Below are positions 1 to 7,163 of a stretch of DNA of 64,000 bases, one piece after another. This DNA comes from an uncultured Desulfobacteraceae bacterium. GTDB taxonomy: Bacteria > Desulfobacterota > DSM-4660 > Desulfatiglandales > HGW-15. The stretch spans positions 30,354-94,353 of the forward strand of contig CAZOLJ010000004.1 of assembly GCA_964580575.1 (NCBI GenBank), in the 5' to 3' direction. Within the stretch, counting starts at the first letter, position 1, and every line of letters starts with the position of its first letter. The position numbers and the translations under genes are program-made. The notes beneath the pieces were generated by a model. It made no database searches. It was not told the origin of the DNA and saw only the letters and a program-made list of their open reading frames with translations.

Positions 1-599
1 AAAAGAGTTTGAGCTTTTGGGAGCCTGACCGACTTGCGGCATCGTTCCGCGACGAGAATAGACTTCAGTTCCTCCACCGCCTGATCGAGTTGGTCGTTAA
101 AGACGAGGTAGTCGTAGGAGACACAGTTCTTGATCTCCTTCCCTGCCTTCTTGAGCCTTGTGCGGATCGCCTTTTCATCGTCCGCGCCTCTCTCTCTCAG
201 CCGCTTTTCCAGGATCTCCAGCAAAGGGGGAAGCACATAGATCAAAATTGCATCTTTGAAGTGGTCCTTGATGTTTCTTGCGCCCTGAACGTCAATGTCC
301 ATGATCACATCCAGCCCCATCGTGATCTGGCTCCTGAGAGTGGAGACGGAGGTTCCGTAAAGATCCTGATAGACCTCTGCCCACTCCACAAACTCCCCGT
401 TGTCGATCATTTTCTGGAAATTCTCTTTGCTGACAAAATGGTACTCCACGCCATTCTTTTCCTGTCCTCTGGGACGCCGGCTGGTGTGGGAGATGCTGTA
501 ACCCAGGCCCGGAACCTTTTGTCTCACCGCTCGGATGAGGGTGGACTTACCTGACCCGGATGGACCGGAGACAACGAAAATTCGACCGGCTGCGCTCAT
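1..599 (-). CDS. gmk: guanylate kinase (3' end runs off the window start)
   Basis: Absent from the ORF track because there is no in-window stop. My minus-strand translation from the ATG at 599 reads [57 protein letters not shown]..., with P-loop GPSGSGKST. The ATG overlaps the remA stop (ATGA). The + ORF 9..554 is its antisense shadow. Confidence 0.9.
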   Translation of the reverse strand, partial: MSAAGRIFVVSGPSGSGKSTLIRAVRQKVPGLGYSISHTSRRPRGQEKNGVEYHFVSKENFQKMIDNGEFVEWAEVYQDLYGTSVSTLRSQITMGLDVIMDIDVQGARNIKDHFKDAILIYVLPPLLEILEKRLRERGADDEKAIRTRLKKAGKEIKNCVSYDYLVFNDQLDQAVEELKSILVAERCRKSVRLPKAQTL

Positions 600-868
600 T
601 CCTCTATGTCTTCCTTGAAGATCTTGCCGTCAGGGCTGAACCGCTGGGCAATAGTTTCAGACTGGATGGCGGATAGGATCACGTGATTGCTGTCCGTGAT
701 AATGACCGACCGGGTCTTCCTTCCTTGGGTGGCATCAATGAGCCTCTTTTCTTCGCGCGCTTCATCACGAAGACGTCGGATAGGGGCTGCATTGGGCGAG
801 ATAATGGCGATCACCCGTCGCGAAACAACGGAATTCCCGAAACCGATGTTGATCAGTTTGTCACTCAT
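596..868 (-). CDS. remA: RemA/DUF370 family small regulator
   Basis: 90 aa, [33 protein letters not shown]...[27 protein letters not shown], typical of DUF370. Sits in the classic yicC(yloC)-remA-gmk order. Confidence 0.85.
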   Translation of the reverse strand: MSDKLINIGFGNSVVSRRVIAIISPNAAPIRRLRDEAREEKRLIDATQGRKTRSVIITDSNHVILSAIQSETIAQRFSPDGKIFKEDIEE

Positions 869-879
869 GCTCGTTCCCC

Positions 880-1761
880 CTACTCTACGTTCTGGACCTG
901 TTCACGCACCTTTTCCAGTTCCGCCTTGATCTCCACGCCCCTGGCGGAGATCCCGGAATCCGATGCCTTTGAGCTCATGGTGGTAATCTCCCGGTTGATT
1001 TCCTGCAAAAGAAAATCCAGCCTCCGCCCCACGGAGTCCGCAGAGGAAAGGTAGGAACTGAACTGCTCCAGATGGCTTCTTGCGCGAACAAGCTCCTCGG
1101 TGATATCGCACCGGTCCGCGAAAATCGCGATCTCCTGCATCAGCCGATTCTCATCAATGGGCATTCCCTGTGCCACGTGCTCCACCCGTTGTCTCAGTCT
1201 CCGCTTGTAGTCTTCAACCACCAGACCGGCCCTGTTCTGGACTTCGTTGAGATGGTCTTCGATCAAGGCGAGTCTCTTCAGGAAATCTTCTTCCAGGGCT
1301 TTCCCTTCCTGCACCCTCATGGAATCACACGCCTCCAGAGCCTGACTCAAGGCCAGCCGGAACGCGTCTCTTGCGGCTGCAAGATCAAGCTCCTCCGGTT
1401 TGAGGAGGAGCACATCCTTCATCTGGCAGAGGTCTTCCGCCCTCACCTTCCCTTCGAGGCCGAACTCCTCGTTCAGCTGGTTGAAGATCCGAAGATAGGA
1501 CCGAACCAGGGGGAGGTTGAGCTGCAGATCATACTCCAGCTCCACGCCTTCCTTCTCCATCTGGAGCGTCACTTCGACTCGACCTCGATTGATCACCGCC
1601 GACACCTGACTGCGCACCTCGTCCTCGATGGCCTGAAGGGTTCGAGGTAAACGGACAAACAGGTCCCGGTGTCTGTTGTTGACCGTCTTGATTTCCGCGA
1701 TAAACCTTCTTCCGTTCAGAACCGCTTCTCCCCGGCCGAAGCCGGTCATGCTCTTAAGCAA
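880..1761 (-). CDS. yicC: YicC/YloC family stress-induced endoribonuclease
   Basis: 293 aa. N-terminus [12 protein letters not shown] and C-terminal [13 protein letters not shown] motif are characteristic of the YicC N/C domains. Confidence 0.9.
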   Translation of the reverse strand: MLKSMTGFGRGEAVLNGRRFIAEIKTVNNRHRDLFVRLPRTLQAIEDEVRSQVSAVINRGRVEVTLQMEKEGVELEYDLQLNLPLVRSYLRIFNQLNEEFGLEGKVRAEDLCQMKDVLLLKPEELDLAAARDAFRLALSQALEACDSMRVQEGKALEEDFLKRLALIEDHLNEVQNRAGLVVEDYKRRLRQRVEHVAQGMPIDENRLMQEIAIFADRCDITEELVRARSHLEQFSSYLSSADSVGRRLDFLLQEINREITTMSSKASDSGISARGVEIKAELEKVREQVQNVE

Positions 1762-1783
1762 GGGAACCTCCTTTATCAGGACT

Positions 1784-1818
1784 GGAGTAGTGGAGTAATG
1801 GAGTGATGGAGTACTGGA
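1784..1818. repeat. tandem degenerate 8-nt word array (GGAGTAGT GGAGTAAT GGAGTGAT GGAGTACT GGA)
   Basis: Read directly. Four and a half units of period 8 in the yicC / DUF4416 intergenic gap. Confidence 0.8.
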
Positions 1819-1866
1819 AAATCCGAAAATAGGATGCGTTGTGGTTTTATCGCCTCCATCTGTTCG

Positions 1867-2406
1867 TTATTCGCTTACCCCGCGAAGCTGATTTTTGTAA
1901 TGGTTTCTAATATTGTTAAAGTAGCCGATGACCACCGGGTCCGCATAGTCTCTGTAGGTCCACGCCAGAGTTTGAAAACTCCCCTGATGAAAGACCAGGG
2001 TCAAGTCCGCATAGACTCCCTTTGAGAGATACATGCGGTGCGTGTAGTTCTTCCCTGTGGCAAGAACCAGCCTTTCTAAGGCAATATATCCGGGGTCAAT
2101 GTTGACCCTCCGCTTTGCCTCTTGAAGGTACCTTTTCTCCAGCTCATTGGTCTGAAGCTTGATGTCAACGATCCCCTCAGGCCGGATGAGGTTCTTGAAA
2201 GAGAGAAAACGCCGGTGAAGCGGCCAGCCCATCTCTTTTTCGTAGTACCTCGTCCTGTCGAAAAAGAGAGGGGGGCTCACCCAATCCGCAGACCCGTACG
2301 CCGCCTGGAGTTCAAGGATGACCTCTTCGAAAATTGTCTCCTCAGGGGAGAAGAGGCTCGCCACGAGCTTGACGTCATCGGCTTCCTTCGGCGAACTCAT
2401 GGGCAC
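1867..2406 (-). CDS. DUF4416 family protein
   Basis: 179 aa. The segments FFDRTRYYEKEMGWPLHRRFLSF, NIDPGYIALERLVLATGKNYTHRMYL and WTYRDYADP match my memory of the DUF4416 family. No assigned function. Confidence 0.65.
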   Translation of the reverse strand: MPMSSPKEADDVKLVASLFSPEETIFEEVILELQAAYGSADWVSPPLFFDRTRYYEKEMGWPLHRRFLSFKNLIRPEGIVDIKLQTNELEKRYLQEAKRRVNIDPGYIALERLVLATGKNYTHRMYLSKGVYADLTLVFHQGSFQTLAWTYRDYADPVVIGYFNNIRNHYKNQLRGVSE

Positions 2407-2474
2407 TCCTGCAGGCTTGGTTCATCGATCTCATGCCCTGGCACCAGAGCATACTCCCTGAGGTGTCGCAGAGT

Positions 2475-2555
2475 GGTACACGGTACAAGGTGCACGGTTC
2501 ACGGAACAAGCCCTAAAAGGATACAGTGGTGTCCCTTGCACCTTGCACCTTGTAC
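2475..2555. repeat. inverted arms of 7-nt words (5x GGWNCAM, spacer, 3x CTTGYAC)
   Basis: Left arm ggtacac ggtacaa ggtgcac ggttcac ggaacaa at 2475-2509. Right arm cttgcac cttgcac cttgtac at 2535-2555. The arms are mutually complementary. Confidence 0.8.
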
Positions 2556-2560
2556 CGCTT

Positions 2561-3649
2561 CTACCCTTTCCCTAGTCTTTCGTAGATCACTCTCTTGAGC
2601 TCTTCGGCTTTCACCGTGGACGTCCCCACCTCTCCCACCACAAGGCCGGCTGCAAAATTCGAGATAAGGGCCGCTGATTTCAGATCCATTCCGGCAGCCA
2701 GGCCCAGGCAGAAGGTGCTGATCACCGTGTCGCCGGCACCTGTCACGTCAAACACTTTCCTTGCCACGGTCGGGATGTGAACGGGTTCTCCTCTCTTCTC
2801 AAAGAGAGTCATCCCGTCCTTGCCCTGGGTGATCAGAACCGATCGGCATTTCAAATAATGGAGGATCCGGTTCCCTGCGGCCACCAGCGTTTCATCGTCA
2901 CCGATCTCGATCCCCGAGAAGGCGCTGGCCTCGTGGTGGTTGGGGGTGATGACATCAATGCCTTTGTAATGCTCGAAATTGTTCTTCTTTGGGTCAACAC
3001 CCAGAACAATGCCGGATTCCGCCACCAGATCTCTCAACCCCTTCATCAGTCGAGGGGAGATCACGCCCTTGGCGTAGTCCGAGACCACGATGGCATGGAG
3101 GTCCTTTTGCATCCTCTTCACGAAATCGAGAAGCCTCTCGACGCTTTCCGCAAGGATCTCTCTTCGGCTTTCTCGGTCAAACCGCACCACCTGCTGGTGT
3201 TGGGCAACAATCCTGGTTTTGATCGTGGTCGGCCTGTCCGGTTCCTGGAAAATTCCTTCGGTGGCCCCCCCCAGGTTCTTGACCATCTTCACCACCTGGC
3301 GGCCCGTGGAATCGTCCCCCACCACTCCGCACAGGATCGCTTCCCCGCCCAGGGAGGAAATGTTGTTTACCACATTTCCCGCGCCCCCCAGCATCTTCGT
3401 CTCCCGCTTCACGTCAACAACCGGAACAGGCGCCTCCGGAGAGATCCTCGAGACATCGCCCCAGATGTATTCATCCATGATGATGTCTCCTATGACAAGG
3501 ACCCTGGTTTTCGGAAACTTCTCAATGCTTCCGGCGAGGGATACGGGATCAAGGTCGAAAGGCATTTCCTTGAGCATCGCGGCCAAATCCTTTTCAGGAA
3601 TCGTTTTGCAGTACCGGGTTACACAGATATTCGGCCGGTAACTTATCAT
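2561..3649 (-). CDS. hldA: D-glycero-beta-D-manno-heptose-7-phosphate kinase (RfaE domain I only, PfkB family)
   Basis: VLVIGDIIMDEYIWGDVSRISPEAPVPVV and the C-terminal PfkB signature DVTGAGDTVIS. No adenylyltransferase half. The true start may be the internal MLKEM (3577). Confidence 0.8.
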   Translation of the reverse strand: MISYRPNICVTRYCKTIPEKDLAAMLKEMPFDLDPVSLAGSIEKFPKTRVLVIGDIIMDEYIWGDVSRISPEAPVPVVDVKRETKMLGGAGNVVNNISSLGGEAILCGVVGDDSTGRQVVKMVKNLGGATEGIFQEPDRPTTIKTRIVAQHQQVVRFDRESRREILAESVERLLDFVKRMQKDLHAIVVSDYAKGVISPRLMKGLRDLVAESGIVLGVDPKKNNFEHYKGIDVITPNHHEASAFSGIEIGDDETLVAAGNRILHYLKCRSVLITQGKDGMTLFEKRGEPVHIPTVARKVFDVTGAGDTVISTFCLGLAAGMDLKSAALISNFAAGLVVGEVGTSTVKAEELKRVIYERLGKG

Positions 3650-3738
3650 TGTGCTCCGGCACCTGTCTATCGCTTTTTCGACGGTCTTTTTGGTTGAATT
3701 CTCGGGCTTTTTTCTGTACAGGTATTCGGCTATGTCTC

Positions 3739-3766
3739 TTGAATCCTGGAAACGTTGTGGTATATT
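3739..3766 (+). promoter_or_regulatory. sigma70-like promoter candidate upstream of DUF374 copy 1
   Basis: TTGAAT (3739-3744), 16-nt spacer, TATATT (3761-3766). About 80 nt upstream of the 3846 start. Confidence 0.3.
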
Positions 3767-3845
3767 GGGTCAGATTATTTCCGGATCAGCAGGCCCCTCT
3801 TCAGGTGAAGCATCGAGGTCATGAAAAGGGTGAGGAGTCCTTGAT

Positions 3846-4523
3846 TTGGCGGTTGTCCAGTCCATACTCAAATACCGTTTGGTTCCTTTGTGTTATTATC
3901 TTTTGCGTCTGTACCTCTCTTTTCTGAGGATCAGGGTTGTCGGTGAAGACGCCGCCCATAAGCATTTTACGAACTACGGCCGCCTGATCGCTGCGGTCTG
4001 GCATCAACGGTTTCTCCCTGCTCTGGCGTATGTCACCAAATTCAGGAACTTCAAACCCATTGTGATGATCAGCCAGAGCAGCGACGGTGAGCTGATTGCT
4101 TCTCTTGCCGAAAAGCTCGGGCTTGTTCCTGTGAGGGGATCCAGCACTCGAGGGGGAAGAGAAGCCTTGATGGCCATTCTGAGAGCCCTTAAGAAGAACC
4201 CTGGCGTCGTCCATATTGTGGATGGGCCCACAGGGCCCAAGGGGGTTGTCAAGCCGGGGCTCATGGCTATGGCTCAGGTCACCGGTGCACCTGTTTTCCC
4301 GGTGATCATATCCGCTGAAAAGGCCTGGGTAATGAAAAGCTGGGATCGATTCCTGGTGCCCAAGCCCTTCAGCACAGTGACCATCCGGTGGGGGGACCCC
4401 TTCCCAGTTCCCAGGGGAACGCGTCCCGAGCAGTTGGAGGTCCTACGAAAAGAAGTGGAAACCCTCCTGCTGAAGGCTCATGCAGAGGCGGACCTGCAAT
4501 CAGGGTGGCCTCAACCCCTCTGA
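3846..4523 (+). CDS. DUF374-type lysophospholipid-acyltransferase-superfamily protein, copy 1
   Basis: 225 aa. Conserved block WHQRFLPALAYV...ISQSSDGELIA...GLVPVRGSSTRGG...VDGPTGPKGVVKPG. The start is TTG in the track, with no in-frame ATG nearby. Confidence 0.8.
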   Translation: MAVVQSILKYRLVPLCYYLLRLYLSFLRIRVVGEDAAHKHFTNYGRLIAAVWHQRFLPALAYVTKFRNFKPIVMISQSSDGELIASLAEKLGLVPVRGSSTRGGREALMAILRALKKNPGVVHIVDGPTGPKGVVKPGLMAMAQVTGAPVFPVIISAEKAWVMKSWDRFLVPKPFSTVTIRWGDPFPVPRGTRPEQLEVLRKEVETLLLKAHAEADLQSGWPQPL

Positions 4524-4592
4524 CATGTACGTTCGGTTTCGGCTGAAGGCCTGCGTTGGCAGTATTCATTCAGTAAGGAAAGGGGATTGGGT

Positions 4593-4856
4593 ATGGCTCA
4601 AATGACACAAGATGAGGTCTTTGTAAAAGTGAGAAAGGTCGTGGCGGAGGTGTTCAAGGTGGAGGAGAGCCGGATCTCTTTGCAGACAAAGTTCATAGAT
4701 GATCTCAAAGCTGAGTCTCTGGATATCATTACCTTGCTCATGGAGTTTGAGGAAGCCTTTGACAAGAGGATCCCGGACGAGGATGCGGAAAAGCTGCTCA
4801 GCGTGCAAGATGCCGTGAAATACATCATGGCCATGGAAGACGACGCCAAGGCTTAG
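4593..4856 (+). CDS. discrete acyl carrier protein
   Basis: ~87 aa. FIDDLKAESLDIITLLMEFEEAF is a canonical ACP helix II with the Ser in (D/E)SLD. ATG at 4593 is preceded by AGGAAAGGGG; the track start 4587 is TTG. Confidence 0.9.
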   Translation: MAQMTQDEVFVKVRKVVAEVFKVEESRISLQTKFIDDLKAESLDIITLLMEFEEAFDKRIPDEDAEKLLSVQDAVKYIMAMEDDAKA

Positions 4857-4860
4857 GCCC

Positions 4861-6225
4861 ATGAAGAAACGAATCGTCATCACCGGATTGGGAGTCCTCA
4901 CGGCGATCGGGCGGAATCCCGATGAGTTCTGGAAAAGCTGTTTGGAAGCGAAGACCAGAGTCGAACGAATCCCTGACCACTGGCTTTATTACGGGGATTT
5001 CCATTCCCAGATCTGGTCCCCTCTTCCTTCGATCGACTATTCCTCCTATGGGATCGGTCGCATCGAGGAAAAACAACTCGACCCATCGAGTCTCATTGCC
5101 ATTGCCTGCAGTTTTCAAGCCCTGGATTCGGCGGGCTTGGAGTACACCAAGGTGGACCAGAAGCGAAACACCTACTCCCTGCCCTCCGTGGACAAGGAAA
5201 GGGCCGGCGTGTTCATGGGGACAGGGATTGCAGGCCTGGGCACCTTTGCCTCCTGCTACAGCTACCATCTCCTCATGCGCCAAAAGGAAGCCCTTGCCAA
5301 GGCAAGCGCCCAGCTCGGAGACCACCCTGCGGGACAGATCCTCAAGCAGGTCCAGGATCGAATGCATTATCCCAGGCGCTTTAATCCGTTTGCAGTGTCG
5401 ATGACCATGCCCAATGCCTGCTCCGCCAGCATAGGCATCAAGTTCAGCCTCCACGGGAGCAACAACGCCTACTGCGCGGCTTGCGCCTCGGGAACAGTGG
5501 CCATCGGTCACGGGTTCAAGGCCGTGAAATCCGGGGAACTGGATGTCGCTCTCGTGGGCGGCGTGGAGCATCTGAGCGACGAGTATGGCGGCATCTTCGC
5601 AGGCTTTGACGCAGTGAGGGCTCTGGCCTACAACAATGAGGAACCGGACAAGGCGAATCGCCCTTTTGACAGGGACCGTACCGGTTTTCTTTTCAGTGAA
5701 GGAGGAGGGGCGGTCTTTGTCATTGAAACTCTGGAGCACGCCCGGAACCGAGGCGCAAAGATCTATGCCGAGATCGTGGGCTACGGCGAGACATGCGACG
5801 GCTTCAACATCATGATGATGGAAAGCAGCGGCAGCCAGATCACGAGAATGCTCCAACTCGCCTTTGCCGATGCAGGCCTGTCTGCAGAAGAAATCGATTA
5901 CATCAACGCCCATGGAACCGGGACGCGTCTGAATGACGAGACGGAGACCGCGGTGATTGAACAGGTTTTCAGGAAGAACGTCCTCATCAATTCCACCAAA
6001 TCTCTCATCGGTCATACCCTGGGAGCTTCCGGAGCCATAGAGGCGCTGGTCACCGCTCTGAGTATTCATCACAAGACCACCCACGTGTGCCGGAATCTCG
6101 ACCATCCCATGAAGGATCTGAATTTCGTCACCCGGGTGGACTTCTACCCTATCCGCACCGGCCTCTCCCAGTCCTTCGGCTTCGGCGGCCACAACGCCGC
6201 CCTCATCCTCCGTGAGTATCGGTGA
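4861..6225 (+). CDS. discrete beta-ketoacyl-ACP synthase (KAS I/II-like, extended N-terminal region)
   Basis: 454 aa. MKKRIVITGLG start. Cys in YCAACASGTVAIG, His in INAHGTGT, His in IGHTLGASG, end FGFGGHNAALIL. 4 nt after the ACP stop. Confidence 0.9.
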   Translation: MKKRIVITGLGVLTAIGRNPDEFWKSCLEAKTRVERIPDHWLYYGDFHSQIWSPLPSIDYSSYGIGRIEEKQLDPSSLIAIACSFQALDSAGLEYTKVDQKRNTYSLPSVDKERAGVFMGTGIAGLGTFASCYSYHLLMRQKEALAKASAQLGDHPAGQILKQVQDRMHYPRRFNPFAVSMTMPNACSASIGIKFSLHGSNNAYCAACASGTVAIGHGFKAVKSGELDVALVGGVEHLSDEYGGIFAGFDAVRALAYNNEEPDKANRPFDRDRTGFLFSEGGGAVFVIETLEHARNRGAKIYAEIVGYGETCDGFNIMMMESSGSQITRMLQLAFADAGLSAEEIDYINAHGTGTRLNDETETAVIEQVFRKNVLINSTKSLIGHTLGASGAIEALVTALSIHHKTTHVCRNLDHPMKDLNFVTRVDFYPIRTGLSQSFGFGGHNAALILREYR

Positions 6226-6355
6226 CCCAGAAGATCGATCGGGGCTCCTTGTCCGGGTGTTTATGATGGGGCCACGGGGTCGGAACGATGATCAGAACCC
6301 GATGAGGGTGGTACGGAGCAGGCCGTGTGGCAGAAAACATGAGGCTCCGTGGTCT

Positions 6356-6384
6356 TTGACACATAGGGTCACTCTCGATATACT
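6356..6384 (+). promoter_or_regulatory. near-consensus sigma70 promoter candidate upstream of DUF374 copy 2 / megasynthase
   Basis: TTGACA (6356-6361), 17-nt spacer, TATACT (6379-6384). About 50 nt upstream of 6436. Confidence 0.45.
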
Positions 6385-6435
6385 CTCGGCCAGTGAGGAC
6401 TGATTCTTATGCACTGACTGCGAGGAATTGTCTCT

Positions 6436-7119
6436 TTGGGTATTTGGCAAGCCCGTTACCTTCTCCTCTATCGGTTGATACCGGTGTGTTACTATTTGCT
6501 TCGCTTGTACCTCTCTCTTCTGAGGATCAGGGTGGCTGGCGAAGAAATCGCACTCGGGTGTCTGGCAGATTATGGACGGGTGATCGTGGCCGTGTGGCAT
6601 CAACGTTTTCTACCGGCTCTGGCCTACGTCACCAAATTCAGGAATTTCGAGCCCATTGTCATGATCAGCCAGAGCAAAGATGGAGAGCTGGCCGCGAGGC
6701 TCGCGCAACGTCTAGGACTTTTACCGGTGAGAGGGTCCAGCACGAGAGGTGGAGAGACGGCTCTGGCAGCCATTTTGAAGGCACTGAAAAAAAATCCGGC
6801 CGTCATTCATATCGTGGATGGTCCCACAGGGCCAAAGGGTGTCGTGAAACCCGGGCTCATCAGTATGGCCCAGATATCGGGTGCGGTCATCCTGCCGGTC
6901 TTTGTATCCGCTGACAGAGCCTGGATTATGGGAAGCTGGGACCGATTCCTGGTCCCCAAACCTTTCAGCAAGGTGACCATCGAATGGGGTCCACCCCTCG
7001 TCGTGCCCCAGGAACTGGATCCGGCCCAAAATGAGGAATTCAGGGAGGAGATCGAGCAGAGACTTTCTGAGGGCTATGCCCAGGCCGATCTGAGTTCAGG
7101 CTGGGACCATCCCCTTTAA
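6436..7119 (+). CDS. DUF374-type lysophospholipid-acyltransferase-superfamily protein, copy 2
   Basis: 227 aa, colinear with copy 1. About two-thirds identical by eye, e.g. WHQRFLPALAYVTKFRNF(K/E)PIVMISQS and HIVDGPTGPKGVVKPGL. TTG start in the track. Confidence 0.8.
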   Translation: MGIWQARYLLLYRLIPVCYYLLRLYLSLLRIRVAGEEIALGCLADYGRVIVAVWHQRFLPALAYVTKFRNFEPIVMISQSKDGELAARLAQRLGLLPVRGSSTRGGETALAAILKALKKNPAVIHIVDGPTGPKGVVKPGLISMAQISGAVILPVFVSADRAWIMGSWDRFLVPKPFSKVTIEWGPPLVVPQELDPAQNEEFREEIEQRLSEGYAQADLSSGWDHPL

Positions 7120-7163
7120 TCTTGAGAAAAACCTCACTACAGAAGAGGGATTCAACTTCCACT

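Noticed and set aside
9-554. 181-aa + strand ORF at the window start
   Set aside because: It is the antisense shadow of gmk. The minus strand translates into an unmistakable guanylate kinase with a P-loop.
2777-3697. 306-aa + strand ORF
   Set aside because: Antisense to hldA (PfkB kinase with clear signatures). Low-complexity composition.
4825-6192. 455-aa minus-strand ORF
   Set aside because: It lies antisense to the discrete KS gene, which has a full Cys-His-His motif set. The product is Gly/Arg/His-rich with no motifs, a typical GC-rich shadow frame.
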